Assembly: GCA_963839295.1 (NCBI GenBank)
Contig: CAWIUK010000010.1
Span: 305,511-369,510 of the forward strand
From: an uncultured Acidobacteriota bacterium
Lineage (GTDB): Bacteria; Acidobacteriota; Thermoanaerobaculia; UBA5066
Direction of reading: 5' to 3'
Length of the DNA stretch: 64,000 nucleotides
In this document: piece after piece, positions 52,095 to 60,994 of the stretch
Position numbering within the stretch: the stretch's first letter is position 1
Layout: every line of letters begins with the position of its first letter
The notes under the pieces: generated by a model
The model's database searches: none
Seen by the model: the letters and a program-made list of their open reading frames with translations, nothing else
What the model was told of the DNA's origin: nothing
Made by a program: the position numbers and the translations under genes

Positions 52095-52140
52095 ATTCGG
52101 AGGAAGAATTTCTTAGAAAGAGAACGTGCGGGGAGGGGGC
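52095..52140 (+). repeat. Low-GC dispersed repeat, copy H
   Basis: AATTCGGAGGAAGAATTTCTTAGAAAGAGAACGTGCGGGGAGGGGG. The core supplies the TAA stop (52113-52115) of the Cys-rich ORF. Confidence 0.65.
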
Positions 52141-52487
52141 GCTTCTGGTTTTGGTACGCCCGTGCGCGGCCGGGTGGGCTGGAGCTCTGCGCTCCGGGTT
52201 GCGCTCTCCCTGTTTTCTCCCTCGAGGGAATTCTCCAGCGCCCTCTCGAAGGCGTCGAGGGGCGTCGCCGCGGTTGCCGGCGGCTCGCGACGGCAACTGC
52301 GCCACTCTGGTCCGTCGGCGGTCGCCTCGTCACTGCCCATCGCGCACGTGCCGTCTTCGCAGCACGCCATGCGGATGGCGCAGTGGCAGCCCCGGCGCGC
52401 GGCGCCCGCGGCCACGAGCGGCAGGACGGCCGCCACCGCCACGAGGGCGAGCATGAGCGCTGCGGCGGTGACCTTCATTCGGGGCAT
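52113..52487 (-). CDS. Small membrane-anchored/secreted Cys-rich protein
   Basis: MPRMKVTAAALMLALVAVAAVLPLVAAGA then RRGCHCAIRMACCEDGTCAMG. GC3 bias is strong in the first ~60 codons. The C-terminal half has low GC3 and is repeat-derived. Confidence 0.4.
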   Translation of the reverse strand: MPRMKVTAAALMLALVAVAAVLPLVAAGAARRGCHCAIRMACCEDGTCAMGSDEATADGPEWRSCRREPPATAATPLDAFERALENSLEGENRESATRSAELQPTRPRTGVPKPEAPPPRTFSF

Positions 52488-52566
52488 CGCGCGAATTCTA
52501 GAGGTTTCTTGTTTGAACCTCCTCTGATGGGACCGCGTCGCGGGGCCGCGGCCTAGAATCCCGGGC

Positions 52567-53664
52567 ATGCCGACCAGCCGCCGCACGTTCCTCGAGGAAG
52601 TCTCCTTCGCCTCCCTCATCGCGGGGTTTCCGCTCTCCGCACAGGCCGCGCTCACGAAGTACGCCGAGAAGCCGCCGGAGCCCGTCTTCCCGAAGGCGCT
52701 CCAGCCCGGGATGACCGTCGCGCTCGTGACGCCGTCGTCCCCCGGGGCGGGCCTCGGCGACACCGACTTCGGCGTCGAGATCGTCAAAGCCCTCGGCTTC
52801 AAGCCGAAGGTCTTCCCGCACGTGGGCGAGGCGACGCGCTACCTCGCGGGTCCCGACGAGCACCGCGCCGCCGACCTGAACGCCGCGTTCGCGGACCCGT
52901 CGGTCGACGGGATCCTCTGCCTGCACGGCGGGTACGGCGCGTCGCGCATCCTCCCGCTCCTCGACTACGAGGCGATCCGGAAGAACCCGAAGGTCCTCTG
53001 CGGGTACAGCGACATCACGGCGCTCCTGAACGCGATCCACCGCCTGACGGGACTCGTGACGTTCCACGGCCCCGTCGGCTCGGAGGTCCAGACGGACTAC
53101 ACGCTGGCCGAGTTCCGGCGCGTCCTCATGACGGCCCAGGCCGCGGGCCGCGTCGGCGCCCCGCCGGAGCCGAGGCCCGGGCAGAGGGAGCGCGGGATCT
53201 TCGTGGACCGCGAGAACTGGATCTACAAGCTCGCGCCCGGCAAGGCGAAGGGCCGCCTCGTGGGCGGGAACATCAGCGTCTTCTCGACGCTCGTCGGGAC
53301 GCCGTTCGAGCCGGAGCTCAAGGGTCGCATCCTCTTCCTCGAGGAAGTGGGCGAGGACCCGTACCGCATCGACCGCTGGCTGACGCAGTTTCTCCTCACG
53401 GGCAAGCTCTCCGGCCTCGCGGGAGTCGCGCTCGGGAAGTTCGCGCACTGCACGCCCGGCGACTACAAGCCGAGCTACGGCGGGCAGGGGCAGTGGACGT
53501 GGCAGGAGGTCTGCAAGGACCGCCTCGGCAAGCTCGGCATCCCCGTCGTCGCGAACCTCGTCTTCGGCCACGTGCCGGACAAGACGACGCTCCCGCTCGG
53601 CGTCATGGCCGAGCTGGACGGCGACGAAGGCACGCTGACGCTGCTGGAGCCCGCGGTCCGCTGA
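52567..53664 (+). CDS. LD-carboxypeptidase (S66 family, LdcA-like) with Tat signal
   Basis: Twin-arginine motif TSRRTFLEE. GYSDITAL Ser nucleophile motif and a C-terminal FGHVPDK His motif. Confidence 0.85.
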   Translation: MPTSRRTFLEEVSFASLIAGFPLSAQAALTKYAEKPPEPVFPKALQPGMTVALVTPSSPGAGLGDTDFGVEIVKALGFKPKVFPHVGEATRYLAGPDEHRAADLNAAFADPSVDGILCLHGGYGASRILPLLDYEAIRKNPKVLCGYSDITALLNAIHRLTGLVTFHGPVGSEVQTDYTLAEFRRVLMTAQAAGRVGAPPEPRPGQRERGIFVDRENWIYKLAPGKAKGRLVGGNISVFSTLVGTPFEPELKGRILFLEEVGEDPYRIDRWLTQFLLTGKLSGLAGVALGKFAHCTPGDYKPSYGGQGQWTWQEVCKDRLGKLGIPVVANLVFGHVPDKTTLPLGVMAELDGDEGTLTLLEPAVR

Positions 53665-53674
53665 CCGGACGCTG

Positions 53675-54328
53675 ATGGCCGACCAGGACTCCCGCGCGGG
53701 CCTCTCGTACGCGACGCGCGAGATCCTCGACTGGCTCGCGAATACGCACGCGCCGCACGACGCGGGCGCCGCCCGGGCGTTCGACGCGCCGGCGCTCCAC
53801 GGGATGCCGGCGATCCAGCTCGGCGCGTCCGAGGCGAAGGCCGTCGCCCTCCTCCTGAAGCTCGCTCTCGCGCGGAAGGTCGTCGAGGTCGGGACGCTCG
53901 CGGGCTACTCGGCGCTCGTGATGGCGCGGGCGCTGCCGGAGGACGGGCACGTCTGGACGGTCGAGTTCGACCCGAAGCACGCGCGCGTCGCGCGCGAGAA
54001 CCTCGAAGCGGCGGGTGTCGGGCCGAAGGTCACGGTTCTCGAGGGAGCCGGCCTCGCCGTCCTGCCGACGCTCGAGCCCCTTGGCCCGTTCGACGCGGTC
54101 TTCGTGGACGCCGACAAACGCAATTACGACGGCTACGGCCGCTGGGCGGCGAGAAACGTCCGAAAAGGCGGCCTTCTGATCGGCGACAACGCGTTCCTGT
54201 TCGGGAGGCTCCTGGAGGATTCCGAGGAGGCCGCGGCCATGCGGCGCTTCCACGAAGAGGCCGCCGAAACGTTTGACACCGCGTGCCTTCCGACGCTGGA
54301 CGGCCTGCTCGTCGGCCTCAAGCGCTGA
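53675..54328 (+). CDS. Class I SAM-dependent O-methyltransferase (family 3, caffeoyl-CoA OMT-like)
   Basis: VVEVGTLAGYSAL SAM-binding motif and FVDADKRNY motif. Confidence 0.8.
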   Translation: MADQDSRAGLSYATREILDWLANTHAPHDAGAARAFDAPALHGMPAIQLGASEAKAVALLLKLALARKVVEVGTLAGYSALVMARALPEDGHVWTVEFDPKHARVARENLEAAGVGPKVTVLEGAGLAVLPTLEPLGPFDAVFVDADKRNYDGYGRWAARNVRKGGLLIGDNAFLFGRLLEDSEEAAAMRRFHEEAAETFDTACLPTLDGLLVGLKR

Positions 54329-54399
54329 CCTTCCCGTCCCCGGGGGGATTCAAACGCATCGGTACCCGTTCATGTACCCGGGAGTTACATTCAAACCGT

Positions 54400-55710
54400 A
54401 TGAACACCGACTGGAAAGACCGCTTCAGCTGGAAGATCTCGACGATCGAGGACGCGATCCGGACGATCCCTCCCGGCCGCCGCATCCTCATCGGCTCGGG
54501 CGCCGGCGAGCCGGGCAAGCTCGTCGAGGGGCTCGTCGAGCACGGCACGCATCTGCGCAACAACGAAATCGTCCACCTCATGACGCTCGGCAAGGCGCCG
54601 TACGTCGCGCCGGGCCTCGAGCAGCGCTTCCGCCACATGGCCTTCTTCATCGGGGCCAACGTGCGCGGCGCGGTGCAGGAAGGGCGCGCGGACTTCCTGC
54701 CCGTCTTCCTGTCCGAGATCCCGACCCTGATCTCGAGCGGGCGCGTGGGAATCGACGTCGCGCTCATCCAGGTCAGCCCGCCGGACCGCCACGGCTACGT
54801 GAGCCTCGGCGTCTCGGTCGACGTCGTGCGGGCGGCCGTGGACACGGCGCCGCTCGTCCTCGCCGAGGTGAACCCGCAGATGCCGCGGACGCTCGGCGAC
54901 TCGTTCCTGCACGTGGACCGGATCGCGCACCTCATCCCCGTCGACGAACCCCTCATCGAGCTCGCCTCCGAAGCGCCGGACGACGTGTGCCGTCAGATCG
55001 GCCTCCACGCCGCGAGCCTGATTCCGGACGGCGCGTGCCTCCAGATGGGCATCGGCCGCATCCCGGACTCCGTCATCAGCGCGCTCGCGGACCGCAACGA
55101 CCTCGGGATCCACACGGAGATGATGTCGGACGGCGCGATGCGCCTCATCCAGTCCGGCGTCGTGACCGGCCGGCGCAAGAAGCTGCTCCCGGGCAAGGCC
55201 GTGACGTCCTTCATCATGGGCTCGCGCGCCATGTACGAGTGGGTGCACGACAACCCCGGCATCGAGATGCGCCCCTCGAGCTTCACGAACGATCCGTTCC
55301 AGATCTCCCGGAACGACGACATGGTCGCGATCAACTCCGCGCTCGCGGTCGACCTCACGGGCCAGGTCGCGGCGGACTCGATCGGGACGCGCTTCTTCTC
55401 GGGGATCGGCGGGCAGGTGGACTTCATCCGCGGCGCGGCGCGCAGCAAGGGCGGCCGCCCGATCATCGCGCTCCCCTCGACGGCCAAGGACGGCACGGTC
55501 AGCCGGATCACGCCCGTCCTCGCCGAGGGCGCCGGCGTCGTCACCAGCCGGGGCGACATCCACTACGTCGTCACGGAATACGGCGTCGCCGACCTCTGGG
55601 GACGCAACATCCGCCAGCGCACGATGGCCCTCATCGGGATCGCGCACCCGGACTTCCGGGGCGAACTCCTGGCCGCCGCGCGCCAGCGCCGCTTCATCTT
55701 CCCGGGCTGA
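54400..55710 (+). CDS. Acetyl-CoA hydrolase/transferase family protein (4-hydroxybutyrate CoA-transferase-like)
   Basis: GSGAGEP N-terminal motif and SGIGGQVDF catalytic region typical of family I CoA-transferases of the AcetylCoA_hydro type. Confidence 0.85.
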   Translation: MNTDWKDRFSWKISTIEDAIRTIPPGRRILIGSGAGEPGKLVEGLVEHGTHLRNNEIVHLMTLGKAPYVAPGLEQRFRHMAFFIGANVRGAVQEGRADFLPVFLSEIPTLISSGRVGIDVALIQVSPPDRHGYVSLGVSVDVVRAAVDTAPLVLAEVNPQMPRTLGDSFLHVDRIAHLIPVDEPLIELASEAPDDVCRQIGLHAASLIPDGACLQMGIGRIPDSVISALADRNDLGIHTEMMSDGAMRLIQSGVVTGRRKKLLPGKAVTSFIMGSRAMYEWVHDNPGIEMRPSSFTNDPFQISRNDDMVAINSALAVDLTGQVAADSIGTRFFSGIGGQVDFIRGAARSKGGRPIIALPSTAKDGTVSRITPVLAEGAGVVTSRGDIHYVVTEYGVADLWGRNIRQRTMALIGIAHPDFRGELLAAARQRRFIFPG

Positions 55711-55756
55711 CCGGAACCTTTCGCCGCGCCGGGCGTTTAAGGGGAGAGAGGCCCCC

Positions 55757-56545
55757 ATGCGCAAGCTCCTTGCCGCCGTCGCCCTGTCCGTTTTCGCCGC
55801 CGTTCCGGCCGCCGCCGCCCCCTCGTCCCGGGACGTCTCGAAAACCCTGCCGCTCGCGGCAGGGGAGAGCGTCCGGGTCGACACGTACAAGGGCAGCGTG
55901 AAGGTCGCCGTGTGGGATCGCGAGGAGGTCGCCGTCGAGGCCCGGATCGAGACCGACGACTCCTGCGGTTCGGCCGAGCGTCAGGCGACGTGGGTGGAGA
56001 AGACGCGGGTCGTCATCGAGAAGGTCCCGGGCGGCGTCGCGATCACGTCGGACTACGACGCGCTCGAGGAGTCGACGTCGTGGTGGGGCAACTGCACGGC
56101 CCGCCCGTTCATCCACTACAGGATCCGGATGCCGAAGAACGCGGCGCTGAAGATCAAGGACTACAAGTCCGACCTCATCGTGAAGGACCTCGCGGCCGAC
56201 CTCGAGGTCGAGACGTACAAGGGCCGCCTCGACGTGGTCGGCCTCGCCGGCGGCCTGAAGGTCGAGACGTACAAGGGCGTGGTGGACGCGGGGATCGTGC
56301 GCCTCGCGGGCGACGTCCGCGCCGAGACGTACAAGGGATCCATCGTCGTCCACCTGCCGGGCGACGCCGGCTTCGAGATCGCCGCCGAGACCGGCCGCCG
56401 CGGCGACTTCCGCTCGGATTTCGGGACGGCAGCCGATTCGCGCGGGCGCCGGAGCGGTCTCTACGCCTCGGGCGCCGTCAACGGCGGCGGGCCGCGCGTG
56501 AGCCTGAAGACCGACAAGGGAAGCCTCGCGATCCGCAAGGGCTGA
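55757..56545 (+). CDS. DUF4097 (putative adhesin/beta-helix) family secreted protein
   Basis: Signal peptide and four ETYKG-type repeats (VDTYKGSVKV, VETYKGRLDV, VETYKGVVDA, AETYKGSIVV). Confidence 0.65.
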   Translation: MRKLLAAVALSVFAAVPAAAAPSSRDVSKTLPLAAGESVRVDTYKGSVKVAVWDREEVAVEARIETDDSCGSAERQATWVEKTRVVIEKVPGGVAITSDYDALEESTSWWGNCTARPFIHYRIRMPKNAALKIKDYKSDLIVKDLAADLEVETYKGRLDVVGLAGGLKVETYKGVVDAGIVRLAGDVRAETYKGSIVVHLPGDAGFEIAAETGRRGDFRSDFGTAADSRGRRSGLYASGAVNGGGPRVSLKTDKGSLAIRKG

Positions 56546-56594
56546 ACAGCCTACGGCCGCCGTAACCTTCCGGCTCGTCCCCCGTCATACTGGC

Positions 56595-57218
56595 GTGGAC
56601 GCTGTCGCCGAGACGCGGGAGGGGTACGTGGAGCCGGACGGGATCAGCCCCGACCAGGAAGCGGATCTCGAGGCGCTGGAGCTGGTTCGGCTGGGCGACG
56701 AGTCCGGTGCGGCCCGGCTCTTCCAGCGCTGGTCCGGCCCCCTCCTGAGGTTCACGGGACGCATGCTCGGCAACGCGGCCGAAGCCGAGGAGGTCACGCA
56801 GGACGTCTTCCTGAAGGTGATCGCCCGGGCCGGCCAGTACGACGGCCGGGCGCCCGTCGCCTCGTGGCTGTTCGCGATCGCGGCGAACGCCTGCCGCGAC
56901 CGGATGCGCCAGGGCGTCCGGCGCCAGAACGTGCCGCTCGACGCCGTCGCCGAGGCCGCCGGACCGGACTTGCCGGTGGACGTCCGGCTCGTCGAGCGGC
57001 AGCGGCGCGCCGCCGTGCGCCGCGCGCTCGCGCGCCTGTCCGACGAGCAGCGCGAGGTCCTCGTCCTGGCCCGCTACCACGGGCTCCCGTACGCCGAGAT
57101 CGCCCGGTCCCTCTCGATCAGCGAGGGCGCGGTCAAGACCCGGATTTTCCGGGCGATGGAGACGCTGAAGTCCCTGTTCTCCGAAGGAGATTCCCCATGG
57201 AATGCCGCGAGTCACTGA
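56595..57218 (+). CDS. ECF-type RNA polymerase sigma-70 factor
   Basis: Region 2 (AEEVTQDVFLKV...WLFAIAANACRD) and region 4 HTH (LSDEQREVLVLARYHGLPYAEIARSLSISEGAVKTRIFRA). Confidence 0.85.
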   Translation: MDAVAETREGYVEPDGISPDQEADLEALELVRLGDESGAARLFQRWSGPLLRFTGRMLGNAAEAEEVTQDVFLKVIARAGQYDGRAPVASWLFAIAANACRDRMRQGVRRQNVPLDAVAEAAGPDLPVDVRLVERQRRAAVRRALARLSDEQREVLVLARYHGLPYAEIARSLSISEGAVKTRIFRAMETLKSLFSEGDSPWNAASH

Positions 57219-58210
57219 AGGTCCGTGAATTCGTCCTCGCCCGCCTTTCGGGCGAGAGCGCCGGGGACGGTGCCGCCGCCCTCGCAGCCCACGTCGCGAG
57301 CTGCGCCGCGTGCGCGGACATGGCCGCCGCGATGGAGACCGTGTGGGGGCGTCTCGCCGACGACGACGGCGGCGACCTCGCGGTGACGCCGGCCTTCGAG
57401 GCGCGCGCGTCGGCGGCGCTCGCCGCCGCGACGCGGCGAAGGGCGAACGTGCGTCCGTTCCGGCCCCGCGGCGTGGAGTCCCCGCTCCTGAAGGTCGCGG
57501 CCGTCCTCATGGCCGGAGTCGCCGGCTTCTTCCTCGCGCGCGCGTCGGGCGGCGGCGCCCTCCCGGGCGCGGCCGGCTTCCAGCCCACGCCGTCCCCGTT
57601 CCGCGGAGGCGAGAACGTCGCCCTCGTGGCGAACCGCACGCTGGACGCGTCCCGTGCGGCTCTGGACCTCTCCGCCAAGCCGCGCCTCGCGAACGTCACG
57701 TACACGCCCGCGGACGCCGCGGGCCGGGTCGCCGTCTCGTTCGACGTCACGACGCGCTACACGGTCGTCGGCAAGCCCGAGGACCAGGCCGTCGCGAACC
57801 TGCTGGTGTCGCTCGTCTCCGGGTCCGCCGGGTCCGAGGGCGCGAAGGGCGGGGCGCTCGACCTCGTGTCCGAAGGGACGCGCGGAGGCGCGCCGGTCTC
57901 GCCTGAGGTCGTCGCCCTCCTCAGGCGCACGCTCGAGACGGACAAGAATCCCGGCGTCCGCAAGAAGGCCGCGGAGGCGCTCGCGCAGATGCCGCCGACC
58001 CCGGAGACGCGCGACGCGCTCGCGAAGGCGCTGAAGACCGACACGAACCCCGCCGTCCGCATCCTCGCCGTCGAAGGCCTCGCGAAGGCGGCCGCCGTCT
58101 TCAAGGACGCGTCCTCCATCGAGAGCCTGCGGCAGAAGGCCGCGGACGACCACGAGAACGGCTACGTCCGGAGCCAGGCCGCGCTCGCCCTGTCGAAGAT
58201 CGAGATCTGA
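57197..58210 (+). CDS. Anti-sigma factor (zf-HC2-like) with TM helix and C-terminal HEAT repeats
   Basis: Overlaps the sigma gene by 22 nt. HVASCAACADM motif, a central TM helix, and a C-terminus with NPGVRKKAAEAL / NPAVRILAVEGL / GYVRSQAALAL HEAT-like repeats. Confidence 0.7.
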   Translation: MECRESLKVREFVLARLSGESAGDGAAALAAHVASCAACADMAAAMETVWGRLADDDGGDLAVTPAFEARASAALAAATRRRANVRPFRPRGVESPLLKVAAVLMAGVAGFFLARASGGGALPGAAGFQPTPSPFRGGENVALVANRTLDASRAALDLSAKPRLANVTYTPADAAGRVAVSFDVTTRYTVVGKPEDQAVANLLVSLVSGSAGSEGAKGGALDLVSEGTRGGAPVSPEVVALLRRTLETDKNPGVRKKAAEALAQMPPTPETRDALAKALKTDTNPAVRILAVEGLAKAAAVFKDASSIESLRQKAADDHENGYVRSQAALALSKIEI

Positions 58211-58244
58211 AGACACCTTTCCGGAATTGGAGCGTCTCCCTGAC

Positions 58245-60260
58245 ATGAGCACGAAACCCGAATCCGCTCCCGAACACCCGCGCCGCGAAGGGCGCGCCCT
58301 CGTCTGGGCGCTCGCGATCGCGGCGCTCGTCCTTTTCTCGCTGGCCGCCGGTCTCAGGGCCCAGGCGAAGGAATGGGCCGCGAAGGCGAGCCGCACGGAG
58401 ACGTTCAACGCGTCCGGCGAGCTGAAGTCCCTTTCCGTCGAGACGGTCAACGGCCGCGTCGAGGTCGTCGCCGGGCCGGCGTTCCGGGCCGACGTCGACG
58501 TCGTCGCCTGGGGCGCGACCGACGCCGACGCGAAGAAGAATCTCGGCGACGTCAAGGTCCGCTTCGAAAACGAGAACGGGAACATCTCCCTCTACACGGA
58601 GGAGCCGGGCATCCACGTGCGACGCTCCGGCCACGGCTGGAACGTGCAGAGCCACGACGACCGCGACTGGCGGAGCGAGACGAAGTACCGGATCACGGTG
58701 CCGGCGTCGCTCCGCGTGGACGTCTCCGCCGTGAACGGCGCCGTGAACGTGACCGGCGTCGCGGCGCCGCTCGAGCTCACCACGGTGAACGGGAAGATCA
58801 CGGTCGCGGGCGGCCGGCGCGACGCGAAGCTCAACACGGTGAACGGCGCGATCGAGGCCGCGTTTTCCGAGTTGCCGAAGGGCGCAATCCTCGACGTCCG
58901 GACCGTGAACGGCGGGATCGTCCTGACGCTGCCGGCGAAGGCGGGGTTCCACCTCGAGGGGCACACGATGAGCGGCGAGATCTTCTCGAGCTTCGGCTTC
59001 CCGGTCGCCACCGCGTCCGACGAGTCCGTCGAGCGCGACGAGGTGAACGCCGCGCGCGAGAAGATCCGGGCCGAGCAGCGCAAGCTCCGCGAGGAGATGC
59101 GCAGGAAGGACCAGGAGAAAGCCCGCAAGGATCAGGAAAGGGCCCGGAAGGACCAGGAAAAGTCTCTGAAGGACCAGTCCGGCGACGAGGACGTCGTGAT
59201 CGACCTCTCGGAGCTGAACGAGGCGATGGGCGAGCTGAACCGGGAGATGGAGAACCTCGGCCGCGAGATCTCGCGGAGCATCACGGTGAACCTGAACCGC
59301 GCCTACGAAGGCACGGTCGGCGACGGCGGCGCCTCGGTGCACGTCTCGAACCTGAACGGCCGCATTCTGGTCCTCGCCGAGGGGACGACCGAGGCCCAGG
59401 CGAAGCGCCTCACGTCGCCGCGCTCGACCCGCGTCGTGACCGTTCCGCCGGTGCCGAACATCCCGCGCATCGTCGTCCGCGAGCACGTGATGCCGGCGCC
59501 ACCCGTGGCGGCGGCCCCTCCGGTCACCGCCATGGCCCCGCCTGCGATCGCAGCGGCCCCGGCCGCCCCGATCCCGCCCGACCCGTGGGGCCGTTCGATC
59601 GTCGTGGGCGACGTCGCGGGGGACTATGCGCCGGCGATCGCCTCGGGCGACGTGACGGTCGGGAAGGTCTCCGGCCGCGTGACGATCACGAGCCGTTCCG
59701 GCCAGATCCGTCTCGCCGGGGCGGGCAAGGGCGCCGAGGTCTCGACGGCCGGCGGCGACATCCGCGTCGAGTCCGTGACGGGCGACCTCAAGGCGACGAC
59801 GTTCGGCGGCGACATCCGCGCGGGCCACGTGAGCGGCGACGCGCGCCTCGAGACGAGCGGCGGCGACGTCGTCGTCCGCTCCGCCGGAGGCTCCGTGAGC
59901 GCGCGGACGGGCGGCGGAGACATCGTCCTGAAGAAGGTGCGCGGCCCCGTCACGGCGCGCACGTCGGGCGGGTCGATCACGTGCGAGATCTCGGGCACGG
60001 CCGGTCCCGGCGGCGACCTTTCGACGAGCGGCGGAGACGTGACGGTGACGCTGCCCGCGAACTACAAAGCCGACGTCGAGATCCACGTGACGGGCGGCGA
60101 GCTGGATTCCGATTCGATCGTCTCCCAGTTCCCGGGAATTTCGGTGTCCCGGCGGTCCGGGCAGCTCTTCGGCGAGGCCCGGCTCAACGGCGGAGGGCCG
60201 AAGCTCGTGATCCGGTCGTCCTCGGGGGTCGTGACGATCAAGAAAGGCCCCGCCGCCTGA
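58245..60260 (+). CDS. Membrane-anchored protein with two DUF4097 beta-helix domains separated by a charged coiled coil
   Basis: TM helix, repeated TVNG(x)I(x)V rungs, a KDQE-rich charged segment, then GGD-type rungs (TSGGDVVV, TGGGDIVL, TSGGSITC). An alternative TTG start lies at 58227. Confidence 0.65.
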   Translation: MSTKPESAPEHPRREGRALVWALAIAALVLFSLAAGLRAQAKEWAAKASRTETFNASGELKSLSVETVNGRVEVVAGPAFRADVDVVAWGATDADAKKNLGDVKVRFENENGNISLYTEEPGIHVRRSGHGWNVQSHDDRDWRSETKYRITVPASLRVDVSAVNGAVNVTGVAAPLELTTVNGKITVAGGRRDAKLNTVNGAIEAAFSELPKGAILDVRTVNGGIVLTLPAKAGFHLEGHTMSGEIFSSFGFPVATASDESVERDEVNAAREKIRAEQRKLREEMRRKDQEKARKDQERARKDQEKSLKDQSGDEDVVIDLSELNEAMGELNREMENLGREISRSITVNLNRAYEGTVGDGGASVHVSNLNGRILVLAEGTTEAQAKRLTSPRSTRVVTVPPVPNIPRIVVREHVMPAPPVAAAPPVTAMAPPAIAAAPAAPIPPDPWGRSIVVGDVAGDYAPAIASGDVTVGKVSGRVTITSRSGQIRLAGAGKGAEVSTAGGDIRVESVTGDLKATTFGGDIRAGHVSGDARLETSGGDVVVRSAGGSVSARTGGGDIVLKKVRGPVTARTSGGSITCEISGTAGPGGDLSTSGGDVTVTLPANYKADVEIHVTGGELDSDSIVSQFPGISVSRRSGQLFGEARLNGGGPKLVIRSSSGVVTIKKGPAA

Positions 60261-60291
60261 CGGACCGGGCGCGCTTTGCGCCCGAGACTCG

Positions 60292-60978
60292 GTGTCTAAA
60301 AAGCTGCGGTTCGGACGGGATTTGCGTAGAATTGGGTCGAAGATGGGTACGGTGTCCTCTCCTTCGAACCCGCCCCGGCAGCCGGACGGGCGCGTTGCCC
60401 CGGGTGCGACGCCGGCGGGCGGGTCGCCTCCGCTCGCCGGGCCGGGGGCGAGCACGACATCGCGCTTCCGCTTCGACGACCGGCCCGTCTCGATGGGCCC
60501 CTCCGGCGCGGCGATCGTCCTGCCGCTCGTCGCCGCCGCCGTGGGCGCCTGGCTGTACTTCAAGGCGCCTTCCAAGGTCGGCGATCAAAGCCTCCAGCGG
60601 TACGTCGGCTTCGAGACGAACATGGAGAGCGTCGTCCTGAAGAACTGCGCGCCTCCGGGCTGCGCGGCCGTGTACCTGACGCCCACCGTCGGCCGAAAGT
60701 CGTCCGATGCGATCCCGGCGGCGGTCGCGCTCTCGGGTGAGCTCGCCGAGCAGGGCATCGAGTGCTTCCTCGTCATCGGAGGCGAGCCGATTCCGGAAGC
60801 CGTCAAGCGCGCCCGCGGGGTCCGGCGGCCCGTCGTCTTCGACCCGAGCGGAGAGTGGGCGAAGGACTCCGGGATCGAGAAGGCTCCGTACTGGATCGCC
60901 TGGCGCACCGGCGGTAAGGTGCGGCTGCGCAGCGAGGAACCGGTGACGGCCGCCGACGTGGCCTCCGCCATTCGCTGA
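60292..60978 (+). CDS. Hypothetical membrane-anchored protein, thioredoxin-fold-like C-terminal domain
   Basis: Pro-rich N-terminus, one TM helix (AAIVLPLVAAAVGAWLYF), and a C-terminal domain with CAPPGC. The start may be the ATG at 60343. Confidence 0.4.
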   Translation: MSKKLRFGRDLRRIGSKMGTVSSPSNPPRQPDGRVAPGATPAGGSPPLAGPGASTTSRFRFDDRPVSMGPSGAAIVLPLVAAAVGAWLYFKAPSKVGDQSLQRYVGFETNMESVVLKNCAPPGCAAVYLTPTVGRKSSDAIPAAVALSGELAEQGIECFLVIGGEPIPEAVKRARGVRRPVVFDPSGEWAKDSGIEKAPYWIAWRTGGKVRLRSEEPVTAADVASAIR

Positions 60979-60994
60979 CGCGAAGGAGGAGCGC

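Noticed and set aside
52126-52527. Plus-strand 133-aa ORF antisense to the Cys-rich gene, starting 5 nt after repeat copy H
   Set aside because: Its composition is Ser/Arg/Ala-rich without hydrophobic structure. The minus-strand ORF has a convincing signal/TM segment and strong GC3 bias, so the plus-strand ORF is probably spurious.
56211-56340. Near-tandem nucleotide repeats (GAGACGTACAAGGGC, three to four times) inside the DUF4097 gene
   Set aside because: They correspond to the ETYKG beta-helix rungs of the protein. This is an intragenic structural repeat, not a mobile or regulatory element.
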